From: Corynebacterium glutamicum ATCC 13032 | GTDB lineage: Bacteria; Actinomycetota; Actinomycetes; Mycobacteriales; Mycobacteriaceae | Length of the DNA: 32,000 nt | Assembly: GCF_000011325.1 (NCBI RefSeq) | Contig: NC_003450.3 | Span: 1,140,001 to 1,172,000, forward strand | Direction of reading: 5' to 3' | Shown: positions 26,576 to 32,000 of the stretch, piece by piece | How the letters are laid out: every line of letters starts with the position of its first letter | Numbering within the stretch: the stretch's first letter is position 1 | Translations under genes and position numbers: made by a program | The notes under the pieces: generated by a model | The model's database searches: none | What the model was told of the DNA's origin: nothing | The model's input: only the letters and a program-made list of their open reading frames with translations

Positions 26576-27070
26576 ATGTTCAATTCCGACACCACCGCGA
26601 ATCTCCAAGCTAAAAGTCGAGATCGTGCAGGATCTAAAGCAAAGCGCAGCAGGCCAAGTTTTGATTCAGTAGCGCGGGATGTTTTGGATGTTCGAACAAA
26701 AACAGCACAAGTTAAAAACAAGGCTAAAGAGTTTTCCTCTGTTGATCACCTTTCAGCAGACGCCGCAGCCATGTTTGTAGACAATGAACTGTCCCGTGGC
26801 GCCATGCATCGCGCCAGGCTGCACATTGTGCACTGCGCTGAATGTAGGGAAGAGATTAACCGTCAGCGGGAAACCGTTGATTATCTCCGCTCAGAGTGCA
26901 AAAACGAAGAAGTGTCCGCCCCAATGGACCTCAAAGCACGGCTTGCCAGCCTCGCCACTGAGTGCATGCCTGGCCCTGGCGCAGAGAATTTAGCAATGCA
27001 GCGCCCAGAGTCTTTTGTGGCTAAAGTTGAGTCCGTAGTGCGCGCAGTTCGTAAGAACCAAGGCCGCTAA
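26576..27070 (+). CDS. cseE: Anti-sigma-E factor (zinc-binding ZAS type; CseE/RseA-like)
   Basis: H-x3-C-x2-C motif in HIVHCAECREE. Position downstream of sigE. AGGAGG lies about 11 nt upstream of the ATG. Confidence 0.75.
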   Translation: MFNSDTTANLQAKSRDRAGSKAKRSRPSFDSVARDVLDVRTKTAQVKNKAKEFSSVDHLSADAAAMFVDNELSRGAMHRARLHIVHCAECREEINRQRETVDYLRSECKNEEVSAPMDLKARLASLATECMPGPGAENLAMQRPESFVAKVESVVRAVRKNQGR

Positions 27071-27109
27071 TTTTTAATCCTTATTTACATTTTCTGAAAG
27101 ACCGGTCTG

Positions 27110-27580
27110 ATGTTTTCTAGCGTGGGTTGGGGAGAGATCTTCCTCTTAGTCGTTGTGGGCCTTGTTGTCATCGGCCCGGAACGGTTGCCTCGTTTGATCC
27201 AGGACGCACGCGCTGCGCTGCTCGCTGCACGTACCGCTATCGACAATGCAAAGCAGTCGTTGGACAGTGATTTTGGTTCGGAATTTGATGAAATCCGAAA
27301 GCCACTAACCCAGGTTGCACAGTACAGCCGGATGAGCCCCAAGACGGCCATCACTAAGGCGTTATTTGATAATGATTCCTCGTTCCTGGATGACTTTGAT
27401 CCAAAGAAGATCATGGCCGAAGGAACAGAAGGCGAAGCTCAGCGCAACAAGCAGGCAGCTGACAACAATGCGAATGTGGTGGAACGTCCAGCTGATGGTT
27501 CCACCGCACGCCCAACGCAAAACGATCCAAAAGACGGCCCGAATTACTCAGGTGGCGTCTCTTGGACCGATATTATTTAG
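27110..27580 (+). CDS. tatB: Twin-arginine translocase subunit TatB
   Basis: [30 protein letters not shown] is a canonical TatA/B N-terminus, followed by an amphipathic helix and an acidic, disordered tail. Confidence 0.9.
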
Positions 27581-27583
27581 CTT

Positions 27584-28711
27584 TTATTTAACGCCAAGCC
27601 CAAGCGTTTTACCCACCAGCGATACCTTGCGGTGAGCTAGGTGTTCAGCGATCTCATTGATCGCTGCAGCGGTTGGGGAGTGTGGTTCAGAAATCGCAAT
27701 AGGATTTCCCACATCGCCACCGATACGCAGGTTCGGATCCAATGGAACAGATCCGATAACCTTGACCTCTTCACCTGTCACAGCGGTAAGACGATCAGCA
27801 ATCTTTTGACCGCCGCCGGTGCCGAAAACATCCATGGTGGTGCCATCAGGAAGCACCATGGCAGACATGTTTTCAATCACGCCAGCAACCTTCTGGTTGG
27901 TCTGCACAGAGATCGTTCCTGCTCGCTCGGCAACCTCAGCTGCGGCAGCCTGAGGAGTGGTCACAATGAGCAACTCAGCATTCGGGATCAATTGGGCAAC
28001 GGTGATGGCGATGTCACCAGTTCCTGGAGGAAGATCCAGCAGCAAAATATCCAGGTCGCCCCAGAACACGTCAGTGAGGAATTGCTGGATGGCACGGTGC
28101 AGCATTGGTCCACGCCACACCACAGGAGCATTTCCTTCGGTGAAGTGAGCAATGGATATCATCTTCACGCCGTGCGCCTGGGGAGGCATGATCATGTCAT
28201 CGACCTGGTGTGGGCGTTGGTCCGAGCCGAGCATTCCGGGCACTGAGTGTCCGTAAATATCGGCATCCAAAATTCCCACAGACAGCCCGCGCTTGGCTAG
28301 GGCTGCAGCCAAGTTCACCGTCATGGAGGATTTTCCTACGCCACCTTTGCCGGAAGCAACAGCGTAAACGCGGGTAGTGGAACCAGGCTGAGCGAATGGA
28401 ATCACTGGCTCAGAAGTTTCACCGCGCAGGGAGACGCGGAGCGCACGGCGCTGTTCATCACTCATGACATCGGTGGTGACATGAACTTGGCCAACCCCGT
28501 CGATGTCTTTGAGAGCTGCTTCAGTGTTGGTGACAATGGTGGTTTTCATCGGGCAAGCCGCGATCGTCAGGTAGACCTCCACCTGGACATCAGAGCCGTC
28601 GATGGACACTGATTTGACCATGCCGAGCTCTGTGATGGGCTTACCGATCTCTGGATCCTCTACGCGGGATAGCGCGCTGCGGACAGCGGATTCGGTTACT
28701 TGAGTCATCAC
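27584..28711 (-). CDS. mrp: Mrp/ApbC Fe-S cluster carrier ATPase (DUF59 + ParA-like P-loop)
   Basis: N-terminal DUF59 (VEDPEIGKPITELGMV). Deviant Walker A SGKGGVGKS. DLPPGTGD and a CPxC-like region. Confidence 0.9.
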   Translation of the reverse strand: MMTQVTESAVRSALSRVEDPEIGKPITELGMVKSVSIDGSDVQVEVYLTIAACPMKTTIVTNTEAALKDIDGVGQVHVTTDVMSDEQRRALRVSLRGETSEPVIPFAQPGSTTRVYAVASGKGGVGKSSMTVNLAAALAKRGLSVGILDADIYGHSVPGMLGSDQRPHQVDDMIMPPQAHGVKMISIAHFTEGNAPVVWRGPMLHRAIQQFLTDVFWGDLDILLLDLPPGTGDIAITVAQLIPNAELLIVTTPQAAAAEVAERAGTISVQTNQKVAGVIENMSAMVLPDGTTMDVFGTGGGQKIADRLTAVTGEEVKVIGSVPLDPNLRIGGDVGNPIAISEPHSPTAAAINEIAEHLAHRKVSLVGKTLGLGVK

Positions 28712-28743
28712 GTATCGATAGTAGTCCCAAGTTTTGATACTCC

Positions 28744-29325
28744 CTAAAATTCGTCTGCAACATCACCCTGAGTGGGGTCAGACAAATCTTGAGGTCCTGA
28801 TCCGTGCTGTTCGTGGCGGTCTGCAATACGGGACGCTGCCTCGTCGTCGAGCTTGGCTTCAATGCGGTCAAGAAGTCCGCGGAGATCTTCTAACTCATGG
28901 CGCAAATAGTCACGTGTGACAGTATCTCCCAAGGCTAAGCGAACGCCTGCGAGTTCCCGTGCGAGGAATTCAGTATCGGCTTTTGTCTCTTCAGCACGCC
29001 GACGATCCGCCAAAATGGTGTGCTTATCGCGGTCTTCTTGACGGTTTTGCGCCAACAGGATCAGCGGAGCAGCATAAGCAGCCTGCGTGGAGAATGCCAG
29101 GTTGAGCAGGATGAAAGGGTAGGGGTCCCAACTCCAGGCCCAACCACCGATGTTGAGGAAAATCCACACCACCACGAAAATGGTTTGCCAAAACAGGTAC
29201 TGTCCCGTGCCAAAGAACCGGGCTACTTTTTCGGCGTAGGCACCAATGGTGTCATCGTCGAATTTAAATCGTTTGCGGGATCCAAAAAGTGGGCTGTCTA
29301 ATTCAGAGCGGTTGAAATCAGCCAT
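28744..29325 (-). CDS. DUF1003 membrane protein
   Basis: WDPYPFILLNLAFSTQAAYAAPLILLAQNRQEDRD is the DUF1003 core, with 2 TM segments and a C-terminal coiled coil. ATG 29325 is preceded by GGAAAGGAG and overlaps the upstream gene by 8 nt. The track start at 29397 is unlikely. Confidence 0.75.
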   Translation of the reverse strand: MADFNRSELDSPLFGSRKRFKFDDDTIGAYAEKVARFFGTGQYLFWQTIFVVVWIFLNIGGWAWSWDPYPFILLNLAFSTQAAYAAPLILLAQNRQEDRDKHTILADRRRAEETKADTEFLARELAGVRLALGDTVTRDYLRHELEDLRGLLDRIEAKLDDEAASRIADRHEQHGSGPQDLSDPTQGDVADEF

Positions 29326-30610
29326 GGGTGTGCTCCTTTCCTGGTCGGATTCCGGCGTCGCGCCAGTCTTCTGGCAGCATGTGGTCGAGCAAGTCATCGA
29401 CAGCTACGGCACCAAGCAGATGGCGGTTTTCATCCAAGACGGGGCCGCACACCAAGTTGTAGGTGGCAAAGAATCGAGCTGCGGTTTCTTGAGAATCATC
29501 AGCGTAGAGCGGTGGCAGATCGGGGTCGAGGATGCCACCAATCAAACTTGATGGAGGCTCCCGAAGCAGTTTCTGCAGATGCACGCAGCCGAGGTATTTT
29601 CCAGTAGGCGTGGCCGTGGGTGGGCGCACCACAAAGATCAACGATGCCAAAGAAGTAGGAAGGTCGGGGTTTCTGGCCATCGCCAACGCTTCAGCGACTG
29701 TGGTGGAAGGATCCATAATTAATGGCTCAGGAGTCATCAGCGCACCAACGGTGTCCGGGGAGAAATCCATCAAACGACGCACCGGCGCAGATTCCTCAGG
29801 GTCCATCAGATCCAACAACACATCAGCTTTGTCATCAGGCAGCTCACCCAACAAGTCTGCAGCATCATCTGGATCCATTTCCTCCAGAATGTCCGCGGCA
29901 CGTTCGATGTCTAATTCTTCAATCAACTCGGCTTGGCGGTCCTCGGACAATTCCTGCAGGATATCCGCCAGCTTTTCGTCGTCAAGCTCTTCCGTCACTT
30001 CGGTACGCTGAGCCGTAGGCAGCTGATAAAGCTGCTTTGCGACGTCCGCAGGCCTCATATCCTCAAACCCTGCGATGAGTTCGGCGGTGTGATTGGACTC
30101 GCCGACACCACCTGCGGTGATGCCGTGGATATGACTCCACGGCACTGTGTGCAGCACTGGGCGCCGGCCAAATTTAGGGCGCTCACCCAGCACCGCCACG
30201 CGCGTGATGATCCAATCGCGAGTGCGCGATAACTCCAGCTCCACATCGGCGATTTCTACCGCGCGACCGTGGAATTGTTGCAGCTCTGGATCATCGGTAT
30301 GTACTTTTGCACCCACAATATCGCCCATGACCTGCAATTCACCGGTGCGCACGCGAAAGGTTCGAAGTGATACAGAACCGGTAACCAAAGTAATGTCTTT
30401 CGGTTCAATGGCAGCGATACGCAACATGGGGACAAAAATACGGCGTTTATTATTAACTAGCTCAACCACTAATCCCAATGCGCGGGAATCATGCCCATAA
30501 GGGCGAATATTCACCACGACATCGCGGACGCGACCAATAGCATCCGTATCGGGGCCTCGGACCACCATCCCAGCGAGGCGGCCCACGTAAAGTCGGGAAA
30601 TTCCACTCAT
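29318..30610 (-). CDS. Soluble MgtE-N-domain / CBS-pair protein with N-terminal PRC-barrel-like region (no MgtE channel domain)
   Basis: Acidic helical repeats ADILQELSEDRQAELIEELDIERAADILEEMDPDDAADLLGELPDD are MgtE_N-type. These are followed by two CBS-like modules. The protein ends after CBS with no hydrophobic segments. Confidence 0.8.
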   Translation of the reverse strand: MSGISRLYVGRLAGMVVRGPDTDAIGRVRDVVVNIRPYGHDSRALGLVVELVNNKRRIFVPMLRIAAIEPKDITLVTGSVSLRTFRVRTGELQVMGDIVGAKVHTDDPELQQFHGRAVEIADVELELSRTRDWIITRVAVLGERPKFGRRPVLHTVPWSHIHGITAGGVGESNHTAELIAGFEDMRPADVAKQLYQLPTAQRTEVTEELDDEKLADILQELSEDRQAELIEELDIERAADILEEMDPDDAADLLGELPDDKADVLLDLMDPEESAPVRRLMDFSPDTVGALMTPEPLIMDPSTTVAEALAMARNPDLPTSLASLIFVVRPPTATPTGKYLGCVHLQKLLREPPSSLIGGILDPDLPPLYADDSQETAARFFATYNLVCGPVLDENRHLLGAVAVDDLLDHMLPEDWRDAGIRPGKEHTHG

Positions 30611-30692
30611 GAACGCCTAGTCTACGGGAACCATTTCACCAGCGTGTACGTTGTAAATGTGAACTGAAAAAGTGAAAAGGAAGATGATAAAG

Positions 30693-31190
30693 ATGACTCA
30701 ACCACGGCCCGATGCCGCATCTGTGTCGCTGGAAAAGAAGCGCCCAGAAGGATGGCCAGTGGGAAGCTTTGAAACATACCCAGAAGCCCAAGCAGCAGTG
30801 GATTTGCTCAGTGATAATGCATTCCCCGTCACCGAATTGACCATTGTTGGTGTGGACCTGATTGAAGTGGAACGCGTTACAGGTCGTCTCACGTGGGGTC
30901 GTGTGATTGCCGGAGGAATGGCATCTGGCGCATGGTTGGGTCTGTTCTTTGGCATTGTCATGGCCTTGATGTCTGGATTCTGGTTCTCTTCCATCGCAGC
31001 GGGAATAGGTATGGGTTTGGTGTTTGGCATTGTCGGTGCAGCAGTTCCTTATGCTGCTTCCAAAGGCAAGCGGGACTTTACCTCTTCAACTCAAATTGTG
31101 GCGGGGCGCTATGATGTGATTTGTTCCCCAGAACGTGCTCGGGAAGCTCGAGACATGATTGCCCTGAAAACTCGAGATCTCCGCCAATAA
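30693..31190 (+). CDS. Membrane protein with general-stress (YflT/GsiB-like) N-terminal domain
   Basis: GWPVGSFETYPEAQAAVDLLSDNAFPVTELTIVG is followed by two Gly-rich TM segments. AAAGGAAG lies 9 nt upstream of ATG 30693. GTG 30672 and ATG 30684 are alternatives. Confidence 0.6.
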   Translation: MTQPRPDAASVSLEKKRPEGWPVGSFETYPEAQAAVDLLSDNAFPVTELTIVGVDLIEVERVTGRLTWGRVIAGGMASGAWLGLFFGIVMALMSGFWFSSIAAGIGMGLVFGIVGAAVPYAASKGKRDFTSSTQIVAGRYDVICSPERAREARDMIALKTRDLRQ

Positions 31191-31205
31191 GTTAAACTAA
31201 CGCCT

Positions 31206-31874
31206 ATGAAAAATGTGGGGAAGCGGATTTTAGTCCTTGCGCTTGGTGCCTCGGTAGCGGGATGCTCAACGCTTTCCCAAGAACCTTCACCACCTGTTCC
31301 GTTGGGAAACGTTGATACTGTGCAGATTGTCTCTCCCAATGGGGAGATTGAGTCTTTTGTGCTGGGGAAGCTGTATGAGACCGCATTAGTGGAACGTGGC
31401 AGATCTGCATCAGTTCAGCTGATTGACGGCGACTTGGATGAGCAACTATCTATGCTGCGAGATGACAGCACTGATTTGGTGATTGCTTGCTCAGGACAAT
31501 TACTGGAATATTACAACCCAGATTTAGCCTCCGAGTTTGCCGTCGAATACGCTAATCAGACAGCCTTTGATAAAAACTCTGGTGAATGGCGCGAAAAAGT
31601 CTACGATGCTCTCCAAGGATCGCTGCCGGACTCCATCGTGGCCACCGATCCTTCCAATGCTATTGGTTGTAAGGACGATACGTCGCTGCCTCAAAACATC
31701 GTGCCAATTTATAGAAAGCCCAATCTGGATAGGGACAATCGGGACACCCTGAACTTTGTGAGCGGTTCTTTGGGTACAAGCGATTTGGAAGCATTGGTCA
31801 AGGACGCCCAAACAACAGGCACAACCTCTGAAACTGCGCTGGATTTCTTATTGTCTAAAGGATTTTCACGCTAG
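31206..31874 (+). CDS. Lipoprotein of unknown function (weakly betaine/choline-binding-protein-like)
   Basis: Signal peptide plus lipobox LGASVAGCS. The mature part has GKLYETAL..RG, reminiscent of OpuAC-type binding proteins, but it is short. Confidence 0.6.
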   Translation: MKNVGKRILVLALGASVAGCSTLSQEPSPPVPLGNVDTVQIVSPNGEIESFVLGKLYETALVERGRSASVQLIDGDLDEQLSMLRDDSTDLVIACSGQLLEYYNPDLASEFAVEYANQTAFDKNSGEWREKVYDALQGSLPDSIVATDPSNAIGCKDDTSLPQNIVPIYRKPNLDRDNRDTLNFVSGSLGTSDLEALVKDAQTTGTTSETALDFLLSKGFSR

Positions 31875-32000
31875 TTCAGCCGTGGTGATGCACGTGGGGG
31901 CGTCATCACCCGTAGAGATCGGCTGGGTGGATTTCAGGCCGTCATGTTCGATGGTGAGTGTGGCATCAATGTTGCGGGGGAGCCACATCCCAACAAATCC
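31866..32000 (-). CDS. Possible 3' end of a gene continuing beyond the window (44 C-terminal codons)
   Basis: Hand translation of the minus strand is open from the window edge to TGA (complement of 31866-31868): GFVGMWLPRNIDATLTIEHDGLKSTQPISTGDDAPTCITTAELA. No family recognised. It would overlap the convergent lipoprotein gene by 9 nt. Confidence 0.3.
   Translation of the reverse strand, partial: GFVGMWLPRNIDATLTIEHDGLKSTQPISTGDDAPTCITTAELA

Noticed and set aside
26689-26697. TGTTCGAAC half SOS-box inside cseE
   Set aside because: There is no matching left half-site (GTTTTG instead of TCGAAA), and it is intragenic.
27641-28246. 201-aa plus-strand ORF antisense to mrp
   Set aside because: The mrp frame has DUF59 and the P-loop GKGGVGKS. 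The antisense translation is His/Arg/Ser-rich noise.
1-32000. Search for CRISPR arrays, tRNA/rRNA genes, IS elements, integrases, toxin-antitoxin pairs, restriction-modification systems or other defence modules
   Set aside because: I saw no regularly spaced direct repeats, no cloverleaf-like or rRNA-like segments in the short intergenic regions, and no transposase, integrase or recombinase-like ORFs. Every ORF over 60 aa not overlapping a called gene is accounted for. The window looks like conserved core chromosome.

Overview
This window reads as core chromosome of a Corynebacterium glutamicum-type actinobacterium. The DapE, DapD, GlgC, SigE and TypA protein sequences are recognisable. From memory, gene order parallels M. 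tuberculosis Rv1165-Rv1234: typA, lpqW, mshB, fdxC, dapC, dapD, dapE, folP2, gpgS, glgA, glgC, sigE, anti-sigma, tatB, mrp, the soluble MgtE-like gene and the DUF1003 gene. I call 36 protein-coding genes. One is a 55-aa gene absent from the ORF track and one is a low-confidence partial gene at the right edge. I also call five hairpin terminators and one LexA/SOS box. I see no rRNA, tRNA, CRISPR array, IS element or integrase. I do not find a self-contained, obviously novel multi-gene system such as a defence island, and I say so plainly. The observations most worth follow-up are these. (1) A DUF222-HNH nuclease gene sits inside the succinylase-branch dap cluster. It is preceded by a near-consensus SOS box and abuts dapD with overlapping stop codons. 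(2) A translationally coupled pair encodes a channel-less MgtE-N/CBS protein and a DUF1003 membrane protein. (3) A GH32-fold protein has apparent substitutions at all three catalytic acidic residues, behind a leader with a perfect 11-bp long-range inverted repeat. (4) A same-strand dapD2-aroP-dapD array. (5) An intrinsic terminator lies between sigE and its anti-sigma gene. All family assignments come from motif reading and recall, not from database searches. Start codons are the least certain part of the coordinates.
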